A DNA stretch of 64,000 bases. Origin: Patescibacteria group bacterium (GTDB lineage Bacteria > Patescibacteriota > Patescibacteriia > PEXW01). Location of the stretch: positions 39,234-103,233 of the forward strand of contig JBBTVB010000006.1 of NCBI GenBank assembly GCA_038063455.1. The letters are read 5' to 3'. Shown piece by piece: positions 18,688 through 28,576 of the stretch. Under the pieces are notes generated by a model. The model was not told where the DNA came from, made no database searches, and saw only the letters and a list, made by a program, of their open reading frames with translations. How positions within the stretch are numbered: position 1 is the first letter of the stretch; each line of letters begins with the position of its first letter. A program made the translations under genes and the position numbers.

Positions 18688-20433
18688 TTAGTTCAAGCTG
18701 CGAGTCGGTGCCACGTCGTAGTATTTCAACAGGAAGTCCATCACGTCGCCAAACAGCGGCGCCGCCGAACTCTCGGCAAACTGGACATCTTTAGGCACGT
18801 CGATGCGCGTCAGCATGACAAACCGCGGGTGTTCGACCGGTGCAAAGCCGGCAAACGAACCAATAGTTTTGTGGGCGTCATACCCGCTGCCGGTGGTGGC
18901 GCGTATCTGTGCGGTTCCGGTTTTGCCCGCCACGTAGTAGCCCGCTACGCCGGCGCGCTTGCCATGGCCTTTTTCTACGACATTCACCAGCATGGCAGCC
19001 AACGTGGCGGCCGTATCTTGCTGCAGCACTTGCCGCACCACTTGCGGCTCGTGGACTTCTTCCCGCCCGTCAGGGTAGTCCACGCGTTCCACCATGTACG
19101 GGTGCATCAGCTTGCCGCCGTTTGCAATGGCGCCAAACGCCGCCACCAGCTGGATGGGCGTCGCCGTAATCCCCTGCCCGAACGATGCGGTGGCCAGAAA
19201 AATATCGCCACTCTTTTGCAGCGCCGCCAAGTTCCCGCCGACTTCGCCAGACATCTCTACGGCCGTTTTTTCGCCAAACCCAAAGTTGTGCACGTAGCGA
19301 CTGAACGTTCCCAACCCCACCTGCTGGGCCGCATGCATTGCCCCGGTGTTGAGGGATTTTTCCAACACGTCATTCATGGTTTGCCGGCCGTGGGCTTCTA
19401 GGTCGGAGTTACGGATAGTAAAAGCGCCAATTTTTTCCGCGCCGGTGTCCACGTACGTGCTCTGCGGTGTTACCTTGCCTTGGTCCAGGGCGGCGGCCAT
19501 GGTTATAGGTTTAAAAATCGAACCGGGTTCGTATGCCCCAAAAACTACCGGATTGTTAAACGCACTGGGGTTTTCGGTTTTGGCGTAGGTGTTGGGGTCA
19601 AAGTCTGGCTGGCCGCACACGGCCAAGAGTTTTCCGGTCTGGACTTCCATAATGACCAGCGCGCCACCATCCGCGCCGTGCTTGGCAACCGCGTCTTTGA
19701 GTTTGCTGCAGGCTTGGTACTGCACCGTGTGGTCAAGGGTGAGCGTAACGCTGGCGCCATTGGTGGCTTCGGTTAAAAAATTCCCACCCACCGAGACTTT
19801 ACCCTGGTTGCCCGAACCTAAGTTAAGCTGACCCTTTTTCCCGGCAAGCGCGTCGTTGAGCGCAGCTTCCACGCCGTACAGGCCGCGCTTCTCATCACCG
19901 CTGTAGCCCACAAAACCCACGGCGTGGCTGGCAAACGCACTCTCGGGGTAGTAGCGCCACTGTTCGTCTTCAAAACGAATGCCCGTCAGTTTGAGCGCTT
20001 CAATCGCGGCCCGCTCCTCAGGCGTCAGTCGCCGCTTCAGCACTTCGTACACATCTTTATCCTTGGTGAGTTTTGGCAGCAACTCCTCGGGGGTTAAACC
20101 CAGAATCGGGCTCAGCGCGCGGGCCGTGCCTGTGGCATCGGTAATGGCTTTTGGCACAGCATACACCAGCGGCTCGTTGCGGTTGGTGGCCAGCGGGAAT
20201 TTCACACTGGTGCTGGCATGGTCACGCACGAAAATGTCACCCCGCTTCGGGGTGAGCTTGGCGGCCAGGTTGTACTGATTTTCGGCCACTGCTGCGTAGG
20301 CCTTGTGCTGCACCACTTGCAGGATGAACAAGCGGATAACCAACCCGCTGGCAAACGCAACCACGACCGCCTGGATTACCCAGAGTCGGTCGCGGGTGCG
20401 AGTGGTGGGCCGGGGTCGCGTCCGGTGCACCAT
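18688..20433 (-). CDS. ftsI: Class B penicillin-binding protein (FtsI-like)
   Basis: KRGDIFVR, EPGSIFKP (SxxK), SLN and KTGTAQ; dcw context. Confidence 0.9.
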   Translation of the reverse strand: MVHRTRPRPTTRTRDRLWVIQAVVVAFASGLVIRLFILQVVQHKAYAAVAENQYNLAAKLTPKRGDIFVRDHASTSVKFPLATNRNEPLVYAVPKAITDATGTARALSPILGLTPEELLPKLTKDKDVYEVLKRRLTPEERAAIEALKLTGIRFEDEQWRYYPESAFASHAVGFVGYSGDEKRGLYGVEAALNDALAGKKGQLNLGSGNQGKVSVGGNFLTEATNGASVTLTLDHTVQYQACSKLKDAVAKHGADGGALVIMEVQTGKLLAVCGQPDFDPNTYAKTENPSAFNNPVVFGAYEPGSIFKPITMAAALDQGKVTPQSTYVDTGAEKIGAFTIRNSDLEAHGRQTMNDVLEKSLNTGAMHAAQQVGLGTFSRYVHNFGFGEKTAVEMSGEVGGNLAALQKSGDIFLATASFGQGITATPIQLVAAFGAIANGGKLMHPYMVERVDYPDGREEVHEPQVVRQVLQQDTAATLAAMLVNVVEKGHGKRAGVAGYYVAGKTGTAQIRATTGSGYDAHKTIGSFAGFAPVEHPRFVMLTRIDVPKDVQFAESSAAPLFGDVMDFLLKYYDVAPTRSLN

Positions 20434-20451
20434 GGCAAAAGAAGGTTACGG

Positions 20452-20796
20452 TTAGCGCCGCGCCACGTCGGCGGTCGGCGAAGTTAGGTACTCCACATTG
20501 GTGCTAGCCACCAATTGCGAGACCACGGGCGAGGCTTCCAAGTTCGTCAGTGCGGTAAGTTCGGCTTGCTGCAACTCCAAATCCCGCCGCTGATCCATGA
20601 GCGCGTCATGCTTTTCGACCAACGCCCGCACGGTAAAGTGCTTGGTGGCACTGCGGTTTACCTGCACCAGGTAGGTTGCGCCGAGCAGCACAATCAGCGC
20701 GCCAAGCACCACCGGCAAATTTGACGGTGATACGACCCGCTGTCGATGCTGAGTTTTTTCGGCCGAGCGTTTGAAGAATTGAGAGAACTTTGACAT
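20452..20796 (-). CDS. FtsL-like cell division protein
   Basis: Single TM plus coiled coil, between rsmH and ftsI. Confidence 0.7.
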   Translation of the reverse strand: MSKFSQFFKRSAEKTQHRQRVVSPSNLPVVLGALIVLLGATYLVQVNRSATKHFTVRALVEKHDALMDQRRDLELQQAELTALTNLEASPVVSQLVASTNVEYLTSPTADVARR

Positions 20797-20802
20797 ATGT
20801 TT

Positions 20803-21792
20803 TTAGAGTTTTTTTAGGGCGCGGAGTTTACCGCTGCGCGCTCTGGGGTTGTGTTGAATTTCTTGGGGTGAAGGTGAGAGGGGTTTGCGGGTAAGCAGTT
20901 CAGCCGCCGGGATGCGGTCGCACGTACACTGCAGTTGTTCGGGCGGGCAGGAGCAGCGCTTGGCCAGCTGCTGGAAGTACTGCTTTACTAAGCGGTCTTC
21001 CAACGAGTGGAACGAGACAATGGCGAGCCGGCCGCCAGGGGCCAAGAGTTCGAACGCTTGCGGCAGCAATGCTGCTACTTGCCCAAGCTCGTCGTTGACG
21101 GCAATGCGTAAGGCTTGGAAAGTGCGCGTGGCCGGGTGCAAACCCCGCTGCAGCCAGAGCTTGCGCCCAGCAGGTGCCCGTAAGATGCTACGGTACGTAT
21201 CATCAATCAGCTGGACCAATTCGCTGGTGCGAGTCAGCGGCTGCTGGTCGCGCTTTACGACAACTGCTTGTGCAATAGCTCGGCTGTGTGGCTCTTCGCC
21301 AAATTTTTTCAAAAGGGTTTCCAGCTCGCGTTCCGACATGTGGTTCACTAGGTCGGCAGCGGTCTGCCCTTGCGACTGGTCCATCCGCATGTCCAGCGGA
21401 CCATCCTGTAAAAAACTGAAGCCGCGCGCTGGTGCGTCGAGGGCAACGCTCGAGAGTCCAAGGTCCGCGACGATGCTATTGGGTCGGGGAAAATCCTTGG
21501 CCACACTCGCGAGCGTTGCGAACGAGGCATGCACACCCTGGAAGCGCTGGCCGTACTGAGCAAGTTCGGCTTTGGCAAGTTCCAGCGTTTCGGCGTCGCG
21601 GTCAATGCCCAGCAATCGGCCGTCGGGAGCAGTGGCGTCCAGGAACTGGCGGGCGTAGCCGCCCATGCCCAGCGTGCAGTCGATAACCGCGTCCCCTGGT
21701 CGCGGGGCCGTGGCGTGCAAAACAGCTTCTAAAAGAACCGGAGTATGGCCAGGTGCAGCAGGTCCTTGGCGACGGAGAGTATGAGTGTCCAC
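20803..21792 (-). CDS. rsmH: 16S rRNA m4C1402 methyltransferase
   Basis: HTPVLL, DCTLGMGG, DLGLSS, PLDMRMD, TRTFQALRIAVN, SFHSLEDR and NPRARSGKLR; GTG start at 21792 assumed. Confidence 0.95.
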   Translation of the reverse strand: MDTHTLRRQGPAAPGHTPVLLEAVLHATAPRPGDAVIDCTLGMGGYARQFLDATAPDGRLLGIDRDAETLELAKAELAQYGQRFQGVHASFATLASVAKDFPRPNSIVADLGLSSVALDAPARGFSFLQDGPLDMRMDQSQGQTAADLVNHMSERELETLLKKFGEEPHSRAIAQAVVVKRDQQPLTRTSELVQLIDDTYRSILRAPAGRKLWLQRGLHPATRTFQALRIAVNDELGQVAALLPQAFELLAPGGRLAIVSFHSLEDRLVKQYFQQLAKRCSCPPEQLQCTCDRIPAAELLTRKPLSPSPQEIQHNPRARSGKLRALKKL

Positions 21793-21799
21793 ATGGGTG

Positions 21800-22231
21800 C
21801 TAGACGCCAAGCGAACCGAGTGCTTCAGCAATCGTGGCAGAAGACTTTTCCGTGCCGGTGCGGTACTTGGCCCAGGCCGCGGCATCCCAAATTTCCAAGC
21901 GGTTGTAGAGTCCGGCAATAACCACTTTTTTCTTGACCCCGGCGTAGCCGCGCAAGTAGTCCGGCAAAATGACGCGGCCTTGTTTGTCTACTTCCAACTC
22001 CATGGCGCCGGCGAGCATGAGGCGGGCAAACGCCCGGGTATTCGCTTGGGCTATTGGCAGTTTCGCCAGCTTGTCTGCCAGCTGGGCCCAATCGCGTGCC
22101 GGGTACACGCTCAAGCAGCGGTCGAGTCCCCTGGTGACCACCGCACCGTGGCTTAAACGTTCACGAAACTTTACCGGGATGGCTACCCGGCCTTTGTCGT
22201 CTATTCCGTGGTGGTATTCACCGATGAACAT
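21800..22231 (-). CDS. mraZ: Division/cell wall cluster transcriptional repressor MraZ
   Basis: MFIGEY..IDDKGRVAIPVKFR and VDKQGRVILP. Confidence 0.97.
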   Translation of the reverse strand: MFIGEYHHGIDDKGRVAIPVKFRERLSHGAVVTRGLDRCLSVYPARDWAQLADKLAKLPIAQANTRAFARLMLAGAMELEVDKQGRVILPDYLRGYAGVKKKVVIAGLYNRLEIWDAAAWAKYRTGTEKSSATIAEALGSLGV

Positions 22232-22317
22232 ATTCTTCTTTACTTTGAGGGCTGGCCGTGGATCCGAGTCCCGCCTAGCGGGACGAGAGGTTCACGGTTA
22301 TCCACAGGACTAAAGGC

Positions 22318-22392
22318 TTATCCCCACTTTTATCCACTTTTCACCGTGTAAAGCCATTTTACACCACTTTCCTACTCTGGTCAACCACTTGG
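22318..22392 (-). promoter_or_regulatory. MraZ-binding direct repeats upstream of mraZ
   Basis: The minus strand shows AAGTGGT, GAGTAGG, AAGTGGT, AAATGGC, AAGTGGA and AAGTGGG at roughly 10-bp spacing. Confidence 0.7.
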
Positions 22393-22467
22393 CACAAAGC
22401 GGGCTTACGAAAGGCACAACAAAAGCAGGCCTTTTTGGCAAGGCTTGTACTGGGTTGTGGATAAATC

Positions 22468-22496
22468 AAAAACCCCACACTCGTCGCATGGGGTTT
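22468..22496 (-). terminator. Intrinsic terminator of the HD protein gene
   Basis: AAACCCCA...TGGGGTTTTT hairpin just after the stop. Confidence 0.65.
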
Positions 22497-22504
22497 AAAA
22501 ATAG

Positions 22505-23794
22505 CTAGGAAACTCTCACCTGGGCTTTGGGCAGCAACTCGCTCTCGAAGTATCCAAGAAAATCAAATTGCGCACACTGCTCAGCGTAGCCTGGGTCCAC
22601 CGCCACCCGGATAAAGAACCCGCGTTGGCGTGCCTCTTGCAAAGTACGCAAATGACTAGGCACTCGGTCAAACAGCGATGTAAACCGCTTTTCGTGAACG
22701 GAAAACAAAGCTACGTCTTTTGGCAGAATTGAATCGTAGCCGTTTGGCTGGACAATTGCCAAATGATGGCGCGGAATGTGCAAATAATTCTCCAGAGCTT
22801 CTTCAGCCGCCAGGACGCGTTGAGGGTCATCAAGGTATGCACTCAGTACCCGTACTGCTTCTTCTGGCAAACCCATGACCGAGTAATAACGGTGAGCTAT
22901 CCGTTCTTCGCGCTCGCATCCTTCTACTTTCAACACCCAAGTCGTTTTGAAGAGCCTACGATCATGTAGCCGAAGCATGAGGGGATGGTGAGCAAGGAGG
23001 GCCATTACCTGGGTATCGGTCATGCCCCAAATGCTTCCACTATCCTCGGGATGCTCCAGCAAATGTTCGGTTAACGCTCGCTGGTACAAGCGAGCCAGTT
23101 GTTTGGAGGTCTTATCCAAGTACACCCTGAGGTACATAGTCAAAAAGCTGTGCTGGAATCGAATGACCTCCTCTTTAACTTTTTCTTCCACGCCCAGCGT
23201 TGTACCGTCAAATTGTAGGTAGGTTAAGATTGTGCTGGTGTTCAAACCTAGCTCATACCCGGTGTGGTGTGCGTCACGCGCCAGGTAATCAATCTTGTCC
23301 GCGCCCAAGTTCTTATCATGCACTAGCGCGCTCAGCGGGTCGCGCTGGGTAAAGAGCGCTTCCACCAGGTCGAAGTCAGCAACCTGGCTAATGACCGAAC
23401 GCATGTCGTGCAAATGTCGGCGGCCAATGTCCTTGTGATTCTCTTGTAAGACTTGTTCAGTCTCATGAGAGAATGGGCCATGACCGTGGTCGTGGATAAA
23501 GGCGTGTACCTCAAGTGCTCGAAACAACGCCGGGTCCTGAATGCCTAGGCGCTGTGCAGCCAAACGAACGTTATGCAATACGCCTAAGGCATGTTCAAAA
23601 CGCTTATGAGCGCCGCCCGGTTTAACCCGCCAGGCCAACCCAAGTTGCGCGGTGTCGAGTAACCGTTGCGAGTACGGATGGTTGATGAGCGGAATGAGTT
23701 CACTCACATCCACTCTGCCCGCAAGCGGTATGAGAATCGCCTTTGCAGGCACGTACAAACCCTTTGTGGCGCGAGGTCCGGCTTGTGTAGCCAT
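22505..23794 (-). CDS. HD-domain phosphohydrolase (SAMHD1/YdhJ-like dNTP triphosphohydrolase family)
   Basis: QRL...QLG, HKRFEHALGV, HDHGHGPFSH, ADKIDYLARD and MYLRVY. Confidence 0.9.
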   Translation of the reverse strand: MATQAGPRATKGLYVPAKAILIPLAGRVDVSELIPLINHPYSQRLLDTAQLGLAWRVKPGGAHKRFEHALGVLHNVRLAAQRLGIQDPALFRALEVHAFIHDHGHGPFSHETEQVLQENHKDIGRRHLHDMRSVISQVADFDLVEALFTQRDPLSALVHDKNLGADKIDYLARDAHHTGYELGLNTSTILTYLQFDGTTLGVEEKVKEEVIRFQHSFLTMYLRVYLDKTSKQLARLYQRALTEHLLEHPEDSGSIWGMTDTQVMALLAHHPLMLRLHDRRLFKTTWVLKVEGCEREERIAHRYYSVMGLPEEAVRVLSAYLDDPQRVLAAEEALENYLHIPRHHLAIVQPNGYDSILPKDVALFSVHEKRFTSLFDRVPSHLRTLQEARQRGFFIRVAVDPGYAEQCAQFDFLGYFESELLPKAQVRVS

Positions 23795-23884
23795 TGCTTC
23801 TCCTTATGGTAAAAAATTTTTCATGTACAATATTTCCCTCACCTTAGGTAAGGCGACGGTTACTGTCAAACGATCGGGGTTAGG

Positions 23885-24304
23885 CTACCGCTTCCCTTGA
23901 ATCACCTGCACAATCTGCGAATCCGGGCGCAGGTCTTGCACGTACAGAATATGCTCGCGATTTATGAAGAGCTTATCCTGCGGGCCAGTCGCCTGCTCGC
24001 TCAATTTCACTAGCAGGAATTTCGGCTGGGTCGTATCTTTGGTTGCGGTATCGCTCGCCGCTTGGGCGTAGTACACGTCCGTGAGGAGCACTTCGTTGTG
24101 GCCCCACGAGCGCAGGTGGCCATAGTACACTTGGTCGTTCGTTAGAAACACTGCCTGGTAGTATTGCCGACGCTGGTGCTTTTGCCAGGCATGCTGGAGG
24201 CACAGCGAGCCGAGACTCAGGACAATGACTACGAGCAGCAAAAACACGAGCCAAGGTAAGCCGAGTGGCTTTTTCGATGATGCAGGATTTGCAGAAGGTT
24301 CCAT
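23885..24304 (-). CDS. Conserved membrane-anchored hypothetical protein
   Basis: TM followed by YQAVFLTNDQVYYGHL and INREHILYVQDL; TACGAT-N6-ATG. Confidence 0.8.
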   Translation of the reverse strand: MEPSANPASSKKPLGLPWLVFLLLVVIVLSLGSLCLQHAWQKHQRRQYYQAVFLTNDQVYYGHLRSWGHNEVLLTDVYYAQAASDTATKDTTQPKFLLVKLSEQATGPQDKLFINREHILYVQDLRPDSQIVQVIQGKR

Positions 24305-24330
24305 AACGGAATCGTACCAACTCTGTTTCC

Positions 24331-24660
24331 CTTTGTCACCTTGCTACTACTTGCGCAGGCTGGAGAGCCTGCACTCGGCCTGCGAGCAGGAGCCCTGCGC
24401 AGTCCCGCCTATGCGGGACGGAGCAGTCGTGGCCAGGGTAGGGGGTGCCGGAGCTGGAAACCGGACGAGGTTTCCAGCGGGGGTGGCCTTCGAAACTCTG
24501 AACCCCCTGGCCCCTGGTGGAAAAACGTGACTGACCGACGGGATCAGAATAAATGTGACTTCGTTGTCACGAAAAAATGCGAGATTCCTCGCGGAGTTCA
24601 TCCCGCCCGGTGGCGGACTCGGAATGACAAGGTGGACAAAGCAAGCTCTGCCCCTACGCT
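24331..24660. repeat. Cluster of GC-rich REP-like hairpins
   Basis: GCAGGCT-GGAG-AGCCTGC, GTCCCGC-CTAT-GCGGGAC, GCTGGAAACC-GGACGA-GGTTTCCAGC and GAGATTCCTCGC...CTCGGAATGAC. Confidence 0.6.
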
Positions 24661-24673
24661 CGGTAGTAAACCT

Positions 24674-25777
24674 CTACAACTTCCCTTTCGGCTTCCAGGC
24701 GTAGGACACGCCGTACGCAATAATGCCGACCAGCAGAATGATGACCGACGTAAACAGTAGGTGCTGGAGCAACTGGTTGCCCAAGTTGCGGCCAACTGGT
24801 TCAAAAATACTCAACATAGCCTGCCCGAGTTGGTCGGCAGGTTGCGGTAGGTCACTCTTCATCAGCGAGCGTGCTTCCAAGGCAAGCACGACGTTCAGCA
24901 GGCCGGCAATAGCAACACCCACGCCGAACCAACGGAAGCTCGAACGTAATCTCGGCAGGAAGATAAGGAACGCGCCCAAGAAAAATGCCGCTGAAAGCAA
25001 AGTGAGCAAGAGGTGGAGTTGGAAACCAGTAGCCAGGCCATCCTGCGCTTGGTTCAATTTTGCCGCAATGTCTGGCGGAGCCTCGCACGACGTCGTATTG
25101 GTGACGCTATTGGTAAATGCCGTTGCCTGGAACTGGCCACTTGGGCAGGGCTGCTGCTTGTCCGCGGACTTTTTGATTTCCGCCACCAGGTCGATGGTAT
25201 CGGGTACAGCCTTGGTAATTTCCCGGACAGGCACGGAGGCCGTAACCAACGCTCGCACGTCCAGGCCTTTGGGCTTGCACGGCGGCAGCGCACCATCTAA
25301 AGCTTTGCGCTGCTCGTAGGCTTTGCTCTGTGCATCGGTGCAGGTGGGCAACGCTTGAACCTTTTTCATCAGCAAGTCTTGAGCTTCAATTGGCGCGCGC
25401 CGTTTTATATCCTGCAGCGGCACCACCAGCGTAGCATTGGCCCACTGGGTTTCGTTACGGACCAACATGAACGCCAAATCCAAACTGCGCTCAACCGTGT
25501 CTTGTAGCAAGCTGGCCGGCACAATGGCCTGCACCGCCCCAGCCATATCTGCGGCAGAAAGCGGGGTGGAGGCAATGGCCTGGCCCAAGTCTTTTTGATT
25601 GCTCAAAATAACCACGGGCAACTCGTCCAGTGCTCGCTCGTAGACGCGCGCCTCAACCAACGCGGCCTTCCAGGGCTGGCTGGTAAGCAACGTACCGCGA
25701 ACCGACCATAGCACCAGTACAGGCATGCTGGTTAACACGCCAAGCATAATCAAGATAACCCCCAAGAATTTACGCAT
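24674..25777 (-). CDS. Hypothetical membrane protein
   Basis: N-terminal TM, soluble domain (LPTCT...PPCKP) and three C-terminal TMs; TACACT-N6-ATG. Confidence 0.8.
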   Translation of the reverse strand: MRKFLGVILIMLGVLTSMPVLVLWSVRGTLLTSQPWKAALVEARVYERALDELPVVILSNQKDLGQAIASTPLSAADMAGAVQAIVPASLLQDTVERSLDLAFMLVRNETQWANATLVVPLQDIKRRAPIEAQDLLMKKVQALPTCTDAQSKAYEQRKALDGALPPCKPKGLDVRALVTASVPVREITKAVPDTIDLVAEIKKSADKQQPCPSGQFQATAFTNSVTNTTSCEAPPDIAAKLNQAQDGLATGFQLHLLLTLLSAAFFLGAFLIFLPRLRSSFRWFGVGVAIAGLLNVVLALEARSLMKSDLPQPADQLGQAMLSIFEPVGRNLGNQLLQHLLFTSVIILLVGIIAYGVSYAWKPKGKL

Positions 25778-25869
25778 GGCTATAGTGTATCGCTGGTTGA
25801 ACCGCTTGACTAGCACCCTGTACAAGCCTACAGTCTAAAAAAATACACTACACTAACAGAAAGGACACC

Positions 25870-26586
25870 ATGTTCCTGCACCTGCTCTTTCCCATTCTTA
25901 TTTGCATGACGCCAGAACTCAACGGCGAAAGGATTAATTCTACCCTTGGACCTCACGCAAACAGCCTTATTGCATCTTTACCACGAACGGACAGTACGTA
26001 CTTCACGTTAGGGTCACTCTTTGCCAACCGGGTCTTTGTGAAAGAATCCACAAACAACAAACAGGATGCCGACTCTGCGATCTACTACTTAGGCAAAGCA
26101 AAGGTGCTTTGCCCGAACAATGCCGTCATTGCTGCGTACATTGCCATTGCAACAGCCATGCGAGCCAAGGAGACTGGCCTGTTCCAATTTATTTCTGGAA
26201 AAATGGTAGAAAATGGACATGTTGCATTTGTATGCATGGACTCGGTGCGAAAAGCCAACCCGGAAAATCTGGCGGTACAATTCTTAAGCGCGAGTTTATT
26301 TGCTGAAGCTTCTGCATTCTTCAGCGATAAAAAAATGTTCCGCTTGCAAAGCATGTCAACTTTCCAGTCGCTTCACCTGCAGGCAATTGAGGGTAGCAAC
26401 CCGACATTTTTTCAAGATGAAGTGCAAGCACACATTCTGCTGAGTCTGGCTTTACTCGAAAAAAAACTTGATAACAGGAGGGAGAGTAGGGCTCTTCAGT
26501 GCCAGTACTTTGAACAAATCCAAATAGCATACAAAGAGACGGCAGCTGCTCGCTTCGTAGAGAGAAAAAAGTTAGCCTGCAATTAA
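25870..26586 (+). CDS. Hypothetical alpha-helical (TPR-like) protein
   Basis: AAGGA RBS, 238-aa ORF, hydrophobic N-terminus. Confidence 0.7.
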   Translation: MFLHLLFPILICMTPELNGERINSTLGPHANSLIASLPRTDSTYFTLGSLFANRVFVKESTNNKQDADSAIYYLGKAKVLCPNNAVIAAYIAIATAMRAKETGLFQFISGKMVENGHVAFVCMDSVRKANPENLAVQFLSASLFAEASAFFSDKKMFRLQSMSTFQSLHLQAIEGSNPTFFQDEVQAHILLSLALLEKKLDNRRESRALQCQYFEQIQIAYKETAAARFVERKKLACN

Positions 26587-26619
26587 GTTTCCTCAGTGTC
26601 TACCAATCTACGGTAGGCG

Positions 26620-28116
26620 CTATTTTTTTACCCGATATTTTTCCGTGACGTTAAAGCCCAGGTACTTGCCCAGCATCAGCCGGGTAAGCGCTTCGGTAGC
26701 CGGGATGGAACCAAACGCCACCATGGTAATGGGAAACACTAGCCACTGCACGAACATGGTTACCCAGTGCCAGCGCGGCACGCTCGCTGGGCGCTTCGGC
26801 ACCAAGGTTAAGCTCAACACGGCGGAGGCAACCAAACCAATCAGTGACACGGTCATCATGACGGACAAGATGTAGGGCGTGTCCTGCACCAGTGCTGACG
26901 TGATCCCCTGATGGTTAGCGACCGCAATGGGCAGCCGACCCAGGATGAAAATGAGAATAGGCGTGGTGCACCACGAGAACGAACCTTCCAGCTGGTTAAA
27001 CAGGTAGCGTAATTTTTTTAACCTTGGAATTTTCGGGTTGCCCCAAAAATTCCAAACCATAAACGGAAAATTCTCAATGCCGTAGGCCCACCGACGTTGC
27101 TGCTTGTACTGGTTCTTCAGGCTCTGCTTCAGAGTTTGGCTCATGACCGTGTCCATAGACAAAGGAATAAAGAGCGGCACCACCCGGTAATCCCCGTCGT
27201 ACTCTATAAGACCCTGCACGAAAATCCGGGAATCCTCGGTGACAATATCGCTCTGCCAGAAGCCCACGTCGACCAGGGCTTTAAACGGCATAGAGTGGGA
27301 AGAAAACGTGAACAAGCGCTCGGGCCGCATCTGCTCGGTCATCAGCCAAAAGGTGGTGGACATGGCCACCACGCGCATCAAAAATGGTGACTCCCAGACG
27401 TTATTGTTGTACACCGCCAGTGGCTGGTAGCTGGCGCGGGTGGGGTTGGGCACGGTTAGGTAGTGGTACGCGAGGCAGGCAAAATACTGGGGGTGCACCA
27501 CGGTGTCCACGTCAAAACTCGATACGACAATGTGTTCGTACGGAATGCCGAGCGCGTCGATCTCCTGCTTGGCTAACCGTCCTGCGTAAGCCGTATTTGA
27601 ACCTTTACCGGTTACTTCCCCTGGCACGTTGGCCGGGTGCACGGTAACCAAAAACTTGAAAAACTTGTTCCCATACTGCGCTTCCATCTTGGTTGCAATT
27701 GTCCGAAAATTCGCTTCGTCTTTTGCTTCGCCGCACAGCACCACAAAAAGCTTTTCGGCCGGGTACTGCACCTGAGTTAAGCCTTCCAAGGTTTGAGCAA
27801 TTACCGCTTCAGGCTCTTTATAGGTCGGCAGGAAAATGAGATGCACCAGGTCCTGAAAACCTGGCTGCGCCTTGGCCAGAGCGTACCAATCTTTGCGGCT
27901 ATCCCGGTGGTGCCGCCGGGCCGACACCAACAGGTACACTAAAAGGTACGAAATCCGAATAAGCCACAGCGTATCGAACACGATAATGAAGCCAATAACC
28001 CACAGTGGCTGAAAAAAAGACAAAATAATAGCCAGCGCAAAAGCCGTCCACACCAGCGCACCCGGAATTATTTCCAGGAAACGATAGAGGCGGTAATCGG
28101 CGCGGGAAGCAGACAT
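26620..28116 (-). CDS. Membrane-integrated GT2 glycosyltransferase
   Basis: LPTYKEP, GKGSN, FDVD, TEDSR and QQRRW. Confidence 0.9.
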   Translation of the reverse strand: MSASRADYRLYRFLEIIPGALVWTAFALAIILSFFQPLWVIGFIIVFDTLWLIRISYLLVYLLVSARRHHRDSRKDWYALAKAQPGFQDLVHLIFLPTYKEPEAVIAQTLEGLTQVQYPAEKLFVVLCGEAKDEANFRTIATKMEAQYGNKFFKFLVTVHPANVPGEVTGKGSNTAYAGRLAKQEIDALGIPYEHIVVSSFDVDTVVHPQYFACLAYHYLTVPNPTRASYQPLAVYNNNVWESPFLMRVVAMSTTFWLMTEQMRPERLFTFSSHSMPFKALVDVGFWQSDIVTEDSRIFVQGLIEYDGDYRVVPLFIPLSMDTVMSQTLKQSLKNQYKQQRRWAYGIENFPFMVWNFWGNPKIPRLKKLRYLFNQLEGSFSWCTTPILIFILGRLPIAVANHQGITSALVQDTPYILSVMMTVSLIGLVASAVLSLTLVPKRPASVPRWHWVTMFVQWLVFPITMVAFGSIPATEALTRLMLGKYLGFNVTEKYRVKK

Positions 28117-28160
28117 GTAAAGAAAGCTGACCTTAGGGCATCCGGGTCAGGCGGTCAATG

Positions 28161-28565
28161 CTACTCGTAGGTAAACCCATCCTGCAATGAGGAGGTTGGG
28201 CCGGTTTCGTTCTTCAGGGTAATATCAACCTTCCCCTTCGTGCCGGCTGGAGCAGTGACGGTTATTTCCTTCGCACTCTTTACCTGCACGTCCTTACCTT
28301 CGGTTTGGCCAAAAAGCACTTTGGGAGAGCCGGTAAAACCTTCACCGGTTATAGTAAGTTTGGTGCCGCCGGCAACAGGCCCTTTGGCCGGCGTAACATT
28401 AAAAATAAGCCCGGGGTTTGCTAGGGCGTTCACCAGCGTACCCTGTACGTTGGTAGTTGTAGTATTCGTATTCGCCGCATCCTTCTTGAATACAAAATAC
28501 CCACCCGTCCCAAGCGCGAGGATAACGAGTGCAATAATGATGAAAATGTTGCGTCGCATACGCAA
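28161..28565 (-). CDS. Membrane-anchored IPT/TIG domain protein
   Basis: VTPAKGPVAGGTKLTITGEGF...ITVTAPAG...FTYE. Confidence 0.88.
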   Translation of the reverse strand: MRMRRNIFIIIALVILALGTGGYFVFKKDAANTNTTTTNVQGTLVNALANPGLIFNVTPAKGPVAGGTKLTITGEGFTGSPKVLFGQTEGKDVQVKSAKEITVTAPAGTKGKVDITLKNETGPTSSLQDGFTYE

Positions 28566-28576
28566 GTACTATACCA

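Noticed and set aside
18670-21559. Long antisense ORFs over ftsI and rsmH (also 40226-40900, 42832-43518, 45425-46342, 59538-60428, 62395-63078)
   Set aside because: Shadow frames of well-supported genes in GC-rich DNA, with no motifs of their own.
22298-22464. oriC
   Set aside because: Few perfect DnaA boxes, no obvious AT-rich unwinding element, and no dnaA or dnaN nearby.
24341-24804. Short ORFs, or RNase P / SRP / tmRNA, in the hairpin cluster
   Set aside because: The ORFs are low-complexity translations of palindromes, and hallmark RNA motifs were not found on either strand.
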